Virus record (IMG/VR): IMGVR_UViG_3300032312_001822
Coordinates: 1 to 64,000 of that record
Source of the DNA: a virus
Taxonomy: Duplodnaviria > Caudoviricetes
Length of the DNA: 64,000 nucleotides
Direction: 5' to 3' (one strand)
The position numbers were made by a program, and so were the translations under genes. Positions 45,684-54,193 of the stretch are shown piece after piece. The notes beneath the pieces are model-generated. The model worked only from the letters and a program-made list of their open reading frames with translations, did not search any database and was not told where the DNA came from. Positions within the stretch are counted from its first letter, which is position 1, and each line of letters begins with the position of its first letter.

Positions 45684-45736
45684 GGCTTTCTAAATTATAA
45701 TTCGTATATTTAAGTATAATTAAAAAATAAAATGTT

Positions 45737-45973
45737 ATGATGAGTTTTAAATTGCAAGATGAAGCAAATGGGTCTTTTAAAATATTTGATTTAAGACAAG
45801 CTATAGGTAGAGAATTTAGTGATAATCACTCTCCAACTTTAAGGAGTAAATTATTAGAAGTAAGTGATTGTGGGAATGTTTGTACTGTAATTAGTGTAGA
45901 AGCCTATAATAAACAAGGGGGTAAAGTAAGTAAACAACCTTCTTATTTAACTTGGAATGCCTTATTTTATTAA
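45737..45973 (+). CDS. Hypothetical cassette protein
   Basis: ORF track. Confidence 0.7.
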   Translation: MMSFKLQDEANGSFKIFDLRQAIGREFSDNHSPTLRSKLLEVSDCGNVCTVISVEAYNKQGGKVSKQPSYLTWNALFY

Positions 45974-46030
45974 AATTTGGCTTTTATAGGTCAGCTTCGT
46001 ATATTAAAGTATAATTAAAAATTAAATGTT

Positions 46031-46156
46031 ATGAAAAAAATAGTATTGTTAGGAGTTATTTATTGGGAAGTAGAAATTGGAGGGGTAACTCATATGTCAT
46101 TCAACCCTCAAGAATTAGTTGTAAAAATGGCCTCAATGGGTTTAAGTTTAAATTAA
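46031..46156 (+). CDS. 41-aa cassette protein (not in ORF track)
   Basis: MKKIVLLGVIYWEVEIGG...MGLSLN*. Confidence 0.6.
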   Translation: MKKIVLLGVIYWEVEIGGVTHMSFNPQELVVKMASMGLSLN

Positions 46157-46168
46157 AAATATAAAGTT

Positions 46169-46387
46169 ATGAGTTTACATTCAGTTTACATATGTGAAGA
46201 TTTTGAAATTGGTAATGGTATTTTAACTATTTGGGATGCCAAAGAAGTAGCTAAGGTAAAAGATATAGATGGTTTTAATAGAATTAATGAAATTCTAATT
46301 TCTGAAACGGGAGTATTACCTAATGGAATTATATGTCCTAATTTATTTCATAATTCTGGATTTTTTGATATTATACTTTTTGAATAA
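46169..46387 (+). CDS. Hypothetical cassette protein
   Basis: ORF track; cassette-type start region without its own promoter. Confidence 0.7.
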   Translation: MSLHSVYICEDFEIGNGILTIWDAKEVAKVKDIDGFNRINEILISETGVLPNGIICPNLFHNSGFFDIILFE

Positions 46388-46444
46388 TATTTGGCTTTTA
46401 TAAGTCAGCTTCGTATATTAGGGTATAATTAAAAATATAAAGTT

Positions 46445-46747
46445 ATGACAAAGAAAGAAAGATTAAGATTAAATACAGTTCATGTAATTGAAATGGTACA
46501 AAAGAATTTTGAAGTAAGTACTGATTTTTGTGATGATGAAGGTCATGGTTATTTTACTTTTGGGGTAATGAAAGATGGAGTAGAATACTTATTTGATTTA
46601 AGTAGAAGAGATTTTAGTGTTATTATCCATAAAATAAGAGGTGAAAAAGATTATGAAATTGGAGCTGATTTGGAGGCTGAATTAGAAAGATTTATTTTCT
46701 TAGAATTAGAAATTTCAAACGCCCGTATTGATAATATGATTAAATAA
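46445..46747 (+). CDS. Hypothetical cassette protein
   Basis: ORF track. Confidence 0.7.
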   Translation: MTKKERLRLNTVHVIEMVQKNFEVSTDFCDDEGHGYFTFGVMKDGVEYLFDLSRRDFSVIIHKIRGEKDYEIGADLEAELERFIFLELEISNARIDNMIK

Positions 46748-46812
46748 TATAATTTGGCTTTATTAAATTAAATTCGTATATTATAGTATAATAATTAAAA
46801 ATATAAAATGTT

Positions 46813-47178
46813 ATGGCAACAAGATCAAGAATCGGAATCGAAAATGAAAATGGTACAATTAGTTCAATTTATTGTCATGGGGATGGTTACCCAGATGGTG
46901 TAGGGGCAACTTTAGAAGAACATTACTCCAATAGACAAAAATTAAGAATGTTAATCAATTTAGGTGACATTAGTATTTTAGGAGAACATGTAGCAACAAT
47001 GGATGAACACTCTTTTGATAATAGAAAAGAAGGTGTTACAGTAGCTTACCATAGAGATAGAGGTGAAGAAAAACGAGAAGCAAGAGAAGATAGCTCATTA
47101 GATTCATTTTTAAAATCCGGATATGAACAATATGGTTATGTTTATACTAAGGATGAAAAATGGGTAATGTTTGAATAA
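46813..47178 (+). CDS. Conserved phage early protein of unknown function
   Basis: MATRSRIG..SIYCHGDGYP..GVG..L..HY, a widespread phage family pattern. Confidence 0.75.
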   Translation: MATRSRIGIENENGTISSIYCHGDGYPDGVGATLEEHYSNRQKLRMLINLGDISILGEHVATMDEHSFDNRKEGVTVAYHRDRGEEKREAREDSSLDSFLKSGYEQYGYVYTKDEKWVMFE

Positions 47179-47184
47179 TAAAAA

Positions 47185-47198
47185 GGGGCTTCGGCCCC
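47185..47198 (+). terminator. c(UUCG)g hairpin
   Basis: ggggc-ttcg-gcccc after the stop codon; weak + strand U tract. Confidence 0.55.
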
Positions 47199-47260
47199 CA
47201 TATTATTTGGCTCCTATATATATATTTCGTATATTATAGTATAATTAAAAATATAGAGTT

Positions 47261-47434
47261 ATGACACAAGAAGAAATGAATACCGAAAATGCTTTAGTAA
47301 ATGAGAAATATGAAGTGATTAGAAAATTAGATGCTTACTTACATATTGAGTCTTTTAATAGAACTAAATTAACAAGTGAAATGTTAAAGGAGTTAAGAGG
47401 TAAAATTGACGAAATGTTATTATCCGATTTTTAA
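47261..47434 (+). CDS. 57-aa cassette protein (not in ORF track)
   Basis: MTQEEMNTENAL...EMLLSDF*. Confidence 0.65.
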   Translation: MTQEEMNTENALVNEKYEVIRKLDAYLHIESFNRTKLTSEMLKELRGKIDEMLLSDF

Positions 47435-47493
47435 TATTTGGCTTTTAAGATTATTATTCGTATATTAAGGTATAATTAAAAAGATAAATTGTT

Positions 47494-47715
47494 ATGAAAG
47501 TAAAAGATTTAATTAAGTTTTTAAGTGAACAAGATCAAAATTTAGAAGTAGTTATTAAATATATTGATCCTTCAAATTGGAATTATGAATTACCTTTAAG
47601 AGCTCAAGATGTTTATGTGGACGAAGTATTTGAGGTGGATGAAGCTAATTTAGAAGAGGGTCAATCTATTGAATCAGGGGATGAGTGTTTGGTAATTGAA
47701 TTAAGTTTTGAATAA
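47494..47715 (+). CDS. Acidic cassette protein
   Basis: MKVKDLIKFL..DQNLEVV, a common phage small-protein pattern. Confidence 0.7.
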   Translation: MKVKDLIKFLSEQDQNLEVVIKYIDPSNWNYELPLRAQDVYVDEVFEVDEANLEEGQSIESGDECLVIELSFE

Positions 47716-47721
47716 CATATT

Positions 47722-47826
47722 ATGAAAGAGAAATTATATATTGTTGATGGATTTGAAATATGGGCGGATAGTGAAGCCGGGGCTATTGAAAAATATAGAT
47801 TATGGTGTTTACCATGTTGGGATTAA
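47722..47826 (+). CDS. 34-aa protein (not in ORF track)
   Basis: MKEKLYIVDGFEIWADSEAGAIEKYRLWCLPCWD*; the stop abuts the next promoter. Confidence 0.55.
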   Translation: MKEKLYIVDGFEIWADSEAGAIEKYRLWCLPCWD

Positions 47827-47886
47827 TATTTGGCTTTTAAAATTATATTTCGTATATTATAGTATAATAATTAAAAATAATATGTT

Positions 47887-48063
47887 ATGGAAAGTAGATT
47901 TGGTATTGAATTAGAGGTATTAGAAAAAGCATTACAAAATATGATCAGTGAAGGTTATATGGGTAAAGATGATACAATTGAAGATTTAGAAGATTTAGCT
48001 TATACATCTTGTGAAGGATTAGCTTGGTACGCCAAATCTAAAATATATGATTGGGCAAATTAA
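47887..48063 (+). CDS. 58-aa cassette protein (not in ORF track)
   Basis: MESRFGIELEV...IYDWAN*. Confidence 0.65.
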   Translation: MESRFGIELEVLEKALQNMISEGYMGKDDTIEDLEDLAYTSCEGLAWYAKSKIYDWAN

Positions 48064-48122
48064 TATTTGGCCTTTAAAAATATTATTCGTATATTAAGGT
48101 ATAATTAAAAAGATAAATTGTT

Positions 48123-48290
48123 ATGGAAAATCAAGTTACAGAATTAGAGTTAATGTTCATTAGGTTAGAAAGATTAGAATTACAATTAGTGGAAAACGAT
48201 GTAATAGAAGATGGAGACATGATAAGTGAAGCATTGGGTGAATTGAAAGAGAGATTGTATGACAAAATAAGAGAAGTGAGCAACGAATAA
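48123..48290 (+). CDS. 55-aa acidic cassette protein (not in ORF track)
   Basis: MENQVTELELMF...IREVSNE*. Confidence 0.65.
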   Translation: MENQVTELELMFIRLERLELQLVENDVIEDGDMISEALGELKERLYDKIREVSNE

Positions 48291-48757
48291 AATTCAGTAT
48301 ATGAAACCAATAATATTCTATCATACGGAGAAAGAGACATGGGTAAAAGTAGATGAAATACTCACCGGGGAAACGATCATTTCCTCACCCGTTTCACCCC
48401 TCACATAATGTGACAAATTGGAATTAATATACCCTAACAAGTAATGGGATATGGATATTGGGATATAGGGATAGTATAGTATGTGGAAAATAGATTATAT
48501 GGGATGTGGAGATACTAGGGCAGGGTACGTGACTTCATTGAGGTGGAAGGCCAAGCCTTACTCGAACAGAGGAGTATATACCTTACCCTAAATAATGTTT
48601 TAAAACGCTGATTATACCCTGAAAAATAAATGTTAAAATGTTTGGCTTAGTTAAAAAGGTTTTATAAATTAAATTAAAAAAGGGTTTTAAACGCTGCCAT
48701 GTTGTGAACCTAAAGTAGACGCGGCCCCACTCCCCCGGGGCCCCTACTTAAATTTTG
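48291..48757 (+). other. Non-coding region with repeats, palindromes and G/C-biased tracts
   Basis: No + strand ORF. GGATAT-like repeats at 48446-48475, TCACA-TAA-TGTGA, duplicated ttttaaa(a)cgctg, and a GC-rich hairpin at 48718-48748. Confidence 0.5.
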
Positions 48758-48814
48758 TTTGGCTATTGGAAAATTGCTTCGTATATTATAGCATAATTAA
48801 AAAAATAAAACGTT

Positions 48815-49102
48815 ATGACAAAGCAAGAATTTTTATCGGGTAAGTGTTTTACAATTGGGGCTCCGACTTATAAGGGTGCTAACACCTATAGCTATTATAA
48901 AAGTGATAGGAATGAGGGTTGTATAATGAGACAATCAAGATCATCATTAGACAATAGAATAGTATTAAATGATTATGAGTGTAACGCTCCAACAGTGGGG
49001 TCAAAATCGTTTACTGGATTTACTTACGTAATGAAAAAGAAAGTAGTGGTTAAATACAGGTTTGAGGACCTAATATTGTTTGAGGAAACTGTAGGGGAGT
49101 AA
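48815..49102 (+). CDS. Hypothetical cassette protein
   Basis: ORF track. Confidence 0.7.
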   Translation: MTKQEFLSGKCFTIGAPTYKGANTYSYYKSDRNEGCIMRQSRSSLDNRIVLNDYECNAPTVGSKSFTGFTYVMKKKVVVKYRFEDLILFEETVGE

Positions 49103-49136
49103 ATCCCCTGCATAGTTATAGAGAAAATCTATAGCA

Positions 49137-49370
49137 ATGAACATAACTAAACAACTAAGTGGGTTAAGCACCCGTCTAAACGAATTACTTGAGGATATGG
49201 ACCGAATAATGGACTATATCGATAATGACGAATTATATAACGAGATAGACAATAATGTCAAATCTCAGCTGGAAAACGCAGTTACGCACCTAGATATCGC
49301 AGTTGACGACCTTAATGACGGAATGTATGAAGATACGCCCGTGGACGAAGAAGATTTAGATTGGGATTAG
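49137..49370 (+). CDS. Acidic helical hypothetical protein
   Basis: ORF track. Confidence 0.65.
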   Translation: MNITKQLSGLSTRLNELLEDMDRIMDYIDNDELYNEIDNNVKSQLENAVTHLDIAVDDLNDGMYEDTPVDEEDLDWD

Positions 49371-49711
49371 AAAAGAATGATTTTGTATCCTTACAGTTCG
49401 GACCCGTTCGGTAATGGATTAAAAACGTATAGCCACGCGTCGTTGCTGTCCATCGACGGATCCGCGGGATCACAGGACAAGATTATGGTGATAAGAGATC
49501 GAAAACACTCTTTACCCAACCCCCTTGTATATACAAATATATATGAGTTTCAAATAACCCCTTTGATATAAGATTCATAAGGGTTAAAAAAAGAGATCTT
49601 AAAAAGATTTTACCAAATAAAAAAGTATATACAAAATAAATGGGGAGTGGTTTGGCTTCCCAATTTCTGTTTCGTATATTGTTACATAATAATAATAAAA
49701 ACAAATAGGTT

Positions 49712-50377
49712 ATGTTAAAATTAAAAAATCTTTTCTTAGTAATTCTTTTAGGAATTAGTTTTATCTCATGTACTCCAGAAGACATAAGAGATAATTGCCC
49801 ATGTGTAGATGGAAATTGTGACGCATCATTTTATATAGATGTAATACAAAATCCAGGTTCGTATCAAGATGCTCAGGGTGTATGGCATGTTAAATGGTCA
49901 GGTTTACATTACTTTAGAATTAAAGGTCAAACAGATCAATTAGATCCAGAGTATGTAGTAAATGGAGTGCCATTAATTGAAACGGGTTATGATTCAAATT
50001 TCTTTTACACACCATCAGGTATTACATGGACGTTTCCATTATATTCATATTTAGGAGTTTTTTCCAATAATAACTTAACAAATCCAATTCCAATAGGTAA
50101 TGGTACATATACTTTACCTCAAATAGTAGGTGACACTAGTGTTTCTAATTTAGCCGGGTATGAGATTAACAGGTACTTCAACTTTAATCACCCGGCTGCG
50201 AAAACAATGCTCCAAACTTACTCTAAATACAATTATAATCCAGTTCAACAAATGCCTTTTCATCAGGGTATGATTGGTAAAACAGCTGATATATACATTC
50301 GAGTTTTATTTAATTCTGATTTTTCGGGTCCCACTCAGGAGCGTTTATATAAATTAACTGTTAAATTTGAGCAATAA
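49712..50377 (+). CDS. Lipoprotein
   Basis: Signal peptide with lipobox FISC at Cys20; last cassette-type promoter upstream. Confidence 0.75.
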   Translation: MLKLKNLFLVILLGISFISCTPEDIRDNCPCVDGNCDASFYIDVIQNPGSYQDAQGVWHVKWSGLHYFRIKGQTDQLDPEYVVNGVPLIETGYDSNFFYTPSGITWTFPLYSYLGVFSNNNLTNPIPIGNGTYTLPQIVGDTSVSNLAGYEINRYFNFNHPAAKTMLQTYSKYNYNPVQQMPFHQGMIGKTADIYIRVLFNSDFSGPTQERLYKLTVKFEQ

Positions 50378-51003
50378 TGTCTGAGGTAATTTCAATTCAT
50401 AAAGCACTTATATTAGAAGCTCGTTCTGATATAGAGATTTACGCTACTAATAGAGTTTCATCTCCTCTAAATAAACTTCCTAATTTTAGTATTTGGAAAA
50501 ACAATTGGGATGAATTAGCTTCACGTTACCATAAAATTCCTTCTCATAAATTAGCTTCATTTGTTAATTTTGATTATACTATTGAATATAAATTTAAAGA
50601 GGAAGGTGAGGAAGGTACTGTTTCTTGGGTATATATGTATGGCAAGACGCGTGCGGGTAGGGAACAGCTTGATCGTTCTTTTACTAAAGGAAAATATGTA
50701 TACGTATTAACCAATATAGCTTACCCCGGAGTTTGCAAAATAGGAAAAGCTGTTAATCCACAAGAAAGAATAAAACAAATTAATAACGCAGGAGTGGTTT
50801 CCGAATGGGAGCTAAAGTATGCCTTACCTGTTAGTGATGATTTTTTAGTTGAAAATTTAGTTCATCAAGAATTAGCTACTTTAAGATTAAGTTCACATCA
50901 AGGTTCATCTAGAGAGTTTTTTTCTGTAAGTTTAGAAGAAGCAATTTCTACTATAGAGAAAATGGGTTTTGAGTTTAGTACCAACCCACCAATTTATTAT
51001 TAA
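50377..51003 (+). CDS. T5orf172 / GIY-YIG-like domain protein
   Basis: GKYVYVLTN..CKIGKA..ERIKQIN..REFF. Confidence 0.8.
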   Translation: MSEVISIHKALILEARSDIEIYATNRVSSPLNKLPNFSIWKNNWDELASRYHKIPSHKLASFVNFDYTIEYKFKEEGEEGTVSWVYMYGKTRAGREQLDRSFTKGKYVYVLTNIAYPGVCKIGKAVNPQERIKQINNAGVVSEWELKYALPVSDDFLVENLVHQELATLRLSSHQGSSREFFSVSLEEAISTIEKMGFEFSTNPPIYY

Positions 51004-51019
51004 TTAAAAACTTATTATT

Positions 51020-51229
51020 ATGTTAGAATTTATTTTAATTTTACTTTTTACTTTTTTAAAATTTTATTTAATTTTAGGATGTATTTTTACTTTATTCGCA
51101 GGATTATTTGCTTTTGCAACTAAAACTGAAAATGAATTCACTACTGGAGAGATATTTACTGTTATTTTTATTTACCCTATTGTAATTTATTATTTATTAA
51201 ACCCAGAAAAAAATGATTATGAGCAATAA
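51020..51229 (+). CDS. Two-TM membrane protein
   Basis: Hydrophobic ORF. Confidence 0.55.
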   Translation: MLEFILILLFTFLKFYLILGCIFTLFAGLFAFATKTENEFTTGEIFTVIFIYPIVIYYLLNPEKNDYEQ

Positions 51230-51521
51230 TTTTGAGAATTTTTTAATTTCCCAAATGGAAGAAGTTATGAATTCATTTACTTCTAATCTAGAAGGAATTC
51301 TTGAAGGTGAAAATGAAATTCCACAAAATCAAAAAGAAGATATTTTAAAAGACTTATTAGATATAGTAGAAACTATTTCTCCTTATCAAGGTGTATTAGG
51401 ACCACAATTAAAGGATAAAATCAACTATATTAAACACTTATTAGACACTTCAAACGATATACATGAGGGTGAAGAGCACCCACTTAATACCACATCTTTA
51501 TCAGATATTCAAGAAAATTAA
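51213..51521 (+). CDS. Acidic hypothetical protein
   Basis: ORF track. Confidence 0.6.
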   Translation: MIMSNNFENFLISQMEEVMNSFTSNLEGILEGENEIPQNQKEDILKDLLDIVETISPYQGVLGPQLKDKINYIKHLLDTSNDIHEGEEHPLNTTSLSDIQEN

Positions 51522-51624
51522 CCTCTTTTGAAGACTTCACACAAAAGGCTTGGCTTGCAGTTTTTAATTTATTATATTAGGAGCACGGAAGAAGATAAAA
51601 CTATAATATATAAAAGATAGAAAA

Positions 51625-51933
51625 ATGAGAAAATGGGAAATGGTAGTATATGGCATCGAGGGTTGTGATTATTGCCGCGAATTAAAGAATGGATTAGGGG
51701 TAATGAACATCCCTTTCACTTACATCAATATCTCAGACAACGATGAGTTGGGAGATAAAATAGAGGATATATATAAATGTCCTGTTTACCCTATGGTTTC
51801 TCTTAGACAAGATAAAATACCTCAGCAAATAGCTTGGCTACCCGGAACTTCTTTATTACATTCCACGTCAATTCGAGTTTTCGATACAATCAATCAGTTA
51901 TTAATTAATATTAAAGAAACATATGACAATTAA
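51625..51933 (+). CDS. Glutaredoxin-like protein
   Basis: VYGIEGCDYC and cis-Pro loop YP. Confidence 0.8.
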   Translation: MRKWEMVVYGIEGCDYCRELKNGLGVMNIPFTYINISDNDELGDKIEDIYKCPVYPMVSLRQDKIPQQIAWLPGTSLLHSTSIRVFDTINQLLINIKETYDN

Positions 51934-52690
51934 ATTATCAGCAGATCAAATATCAGCTAATTGGGATTTATTTATATCTAATATAGATACTTATATCTCA
52001 GAACCAAGACGTTCACAACTTAAGACTTTCTACACTAAGTATCAAGAACGTATTATGATGATGCCAGCATCTAATAAAAAAGAATATCATTCAGCATTCC
52101 CAGGAGGATATGTGGATCATGTTAATCGTGTAGTTTTAGGTGCAAGAAAATTGCATTCTTTATGGACAGAAATGGGTTGTGATACTTCAACTTACACTTT
52201 AGAAGAATTAGTATTCTCAGCTATTAACCATGATTTAGGTAAAATGGGAGATGATGAGAATGAAGCTTACATACCACAGACAGACGCGTGGAGAAAGGAT
52301 AAATTAGGTGAAGACTACATGTTTAATACTAAGTTAGCATTTGCGTCGGTTCCTGATAGATCGCTGTTTTTACTTATGTCTAACGATATTAAATATACTT
52401 TTAATGAAATGATCGCTATTCAAACTCATGATGGTTTATATGATGAAGGTAATAAAAAATATCTTATGGGTTATATGCCAGAATTAAAACCAAGAACTGC
52501 TTTACCTTATATCTTACATCAAGCTGATATGATGGCGGCGCGTATTGAATGGGAAACTGATTATTTACCTAAATTTAAAGGAGATAAAAAAGTAGAAGTA
52601 AAATTACAACCTGCTAATAAATTTTCTATTAAAGCTCCTAAATTATCAAATCCTGACGCTCCTTTTGCTAATCTTTTAAACAATATATAA
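51923..52690 (+). CDS. HD-domain phosphohydrolase
   Basis: HSAFPGGYVDHV, NHDLGK, THDG and HQAD. Confidence 0.85.
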   Translation: MTIKLSADQISANWDLFISNIDTYISEPRRSQLKTFYTKYQERIMMMPASNKKEYHSAFPGGYVDHVNRVVLGARKLHSLWTEMGCDTSTYTLEELVFSAINHDLGKMGDDENEAYIPQTDAWRKDKLGEDYMFNTKLAFASVPDRSLFLLMSNDIKYTFNEMIAIQTHDGLYDEGNKKYLMGYMPELKPRTALPYILHQADMMAARIEWETDYLPKFKGDKKVEVKLQPANKFSIKAPKLSNPDAPFANLLNNI

Positions 52691-52691
52691 T

Positions 52692-52973
52692 ATGGAAACA
52701 ATTATTTTAATTAACGTAATAGTAATACTTGTTGGTGTAATAGGCTATATAATTTGGAATTTAATGAAGAAAGTTGAAAAACTTGAATCAATGATTGATG
52801 TACAAGAAAGATATATAACTGATTTTTATGAATTAGTTAAACAATCTGAATTGAAAATTAAAGAAATTGATTCAAAACAGTTATTTCAATCAGATGATGA
52901 GGTAGGTTTCTTCTTTAATAATTTAAAAACAATACAAGAGGCTTTATCTGATTATATCAAATTTATAAAATAA
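52692..52973 (+). CDS. Membrane-anchored coiled-coil protein
   Basis: N-terminal TM helix; FQSDDEVG motif. Confidence 0.7.
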   Translation: METIILINVIVILVGVIGYIIWNLMKKVEKLESMIDVQERYITDFYELVKQSELKIKEIDSKQLFQSDDEVGFFFNNLKTIQEALSDYIKFIK

Positions 52974-52974
52974 C

Positions 52975-53775
52975 ATGGAAGTATTAAGTTCAGAAATTAA
53001 GATACTTCATGTCCCTCAAGAAGAAACAGAAGTACAATATACTAAAAAAGGTACAGTAAGGAAAAGAAAGCCTAAAACTAAAAAAATGTATTTCACTCAG
53101 GACACTGAGGACGCAATTGTAGAGTATTTAACCGCCACAGATCATTACACCCGAAATAAGATTTATAATGAAAGAATAAAATATGCTTTTCATAAATTAA
53201 CAGAAAATATAATTCACACTTTTAAATTTTATTATACAGAAGTAGAAACAATAGCTGAGCTTCAACATGAAGTTACAGCCTTTCTCCTTGAAAAACTGCA
53301 TCTCTATAATCAATCCAAAGGTAAAGCTTATTCTTATTTTGGTACTATTGCTAAACGTTATTTAATTCTTTATAATAATAAGAATTATGAGAAGCTAAAA
53401 GGTAAAGCTGGTGTAGACGCTATTGATGAAGATAAAACAATTGTAATCAATATTTTAAACTCTTCTACACCTACAGATGATCCTTTAGTTAGTGAGAATT
53501 ATTTTATAGAACAGTTTATTAAATATATGGATATTCATTTATTTAGAATATTCCCTGATAAAGAAGATGCTAAGACAACTGACGCTATTATGGAGTTATT
53601 TAAACGAAGAGAAGATTTAGACATTTTTAATAAGAAAGGAATTTACATTTATATTAGAGAGATGACTAATCAAGATACTCCTCAAATAACTAAAGTAATA
53701 AAAAGTTTAAAGAAAGTATATCTTAGATTATTAAACCAATACCTAGATTATGGTTATGTTGGGTTAAACTATTAA
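52975..53775 (+). CDS. Phage sigma factor (T4 gp55-like late sigma)
   Basis: Region-2-like EKLHLYNQSKGKAYSYFGTIAKRYLI; precedes the structural operon. Confidence 0.65.
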   Translation: MEVLSSEIKILHVPQEETEVQYTKKGTVRKRKPKTKKMYFTQDTEDAIVEYLTATDHYTRNKIYNERIKYAFHKLTENIIHTFKFYYTEVETIAELQHEVTAFLLEKLHLYNQSKGKAYSYFGTIAKRYLILYNNKNYEKLKGKAGVDAIDEDKTIVINILNSSTPTDDPLVSENYFIEQFIKYMDIHLFRIFPDKEDAKTTDAIMELFKRREDLDIFNKKGIYIYIREMTNQDTPQITKVIKSLKKVYLRLLNQYLDYGYVGLNY

Positions 53776-53793
53776 GAAATTTTTATTTAATTT

Positions 53794-53801
53794 ATATTTA
53801 T
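53794..53801 (+). promoter_or_regulatory. Putative late promoter motif
   Basis: ATATTTAT between the sigma gene and the structural genes; also at 56996 and 59798. Confidence 0.5.
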
Positions 53802-53815
53802 AATAAAAATATATC

Positions 53816-54193
53816 ATGGATTTTAATACCATAACACTCTTTGGTAAGAAGACTTTTGCAGATTTACTAAAAGAGATACATACTAATTCCTCTAATAAGG
53901 AAAAAGAAATTAGAAATTTAATAGACAATTTAAAACCATTCATCAACTCAGCTGGTGACGCGGTTATTATTGTCCCTTTAATTAAGGATTACTTAGATGT
54001 ATCTGTAAAGAATGATGACTTACTAATTAAAATGGCAGGTATTGTACAACGTGCAATGAATTCTAATCAAGGATCAGATGATTTATTATTATCAGATTCA
54101 GATAAAGAAATGTTATTCCAGTCAATGAATGAGTTAGATGCTCAAGTAAAAGAAGAATTACCTAAAATAGAAAATGAGCAGTTTATATCCTAG
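53816..54193 (+). CDS. Helical late protein, possibly terminase small subunit-like
   Basis: Helical pattern (IVPLIKDYLDVSVKNDD) and position only. Confidence 0.35.
   Translation: MDFNTITLFGKKTFADLLKEIHTNSSNKEKEIRNLIDNLKPFINSAGDAVIIVPLIKDYLDVSVKNDDLLIKMAGIVQRAMNSNQGSDDLLLSDSDKEMLFQSMNELDAQVKEELPKIENEQFIS

Larger units (their letters stand above)
40260..49680 (+). repeat. Array of about 20 promoter + start-region cassettes
   Basis: Consensus TTTGG-N17-CGTATATT-N4-ATAATTAAAA-N-GTTATG. CGTATATT at 40281, 41353, 41537, 42338, 42555, 43427, 43811, 44230, 44564, 44831, 45703, 45998, 46412, 46775, 47228, 47459, 47851, 48088, 48780 and 49673. Confidence 0.9.

Noticed and set aside
40260-48810. Cassette repeats as a CRISPR array or integron
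   Set aside because: Units are 200-900 bp apart and hold whole ORFs, the repeats are promoter-shaped and non-palindromic, and no cas genes, attC sites or integrase are visible.
49377-49785. Track ORFs 49377..49571 (+) and 49483..49785 (-) as real genes
   Set aside because: Composition and codon use are atypical, there is no cassette start context, and they overlap palindromes and a promoter.
1236-53946. Minus-strand and nested alternate-frame ORFs in the track (e.g. 1236-, 6085-, 6656+, 9697+, 10346+, 12095-, 23064-, 38144-, 41061-, 48131-, 53764-)
   Set aside because: They overlap well-supported + strand genes, lack the phage start context and show no recognisable motifs; they are shadow ORFs.
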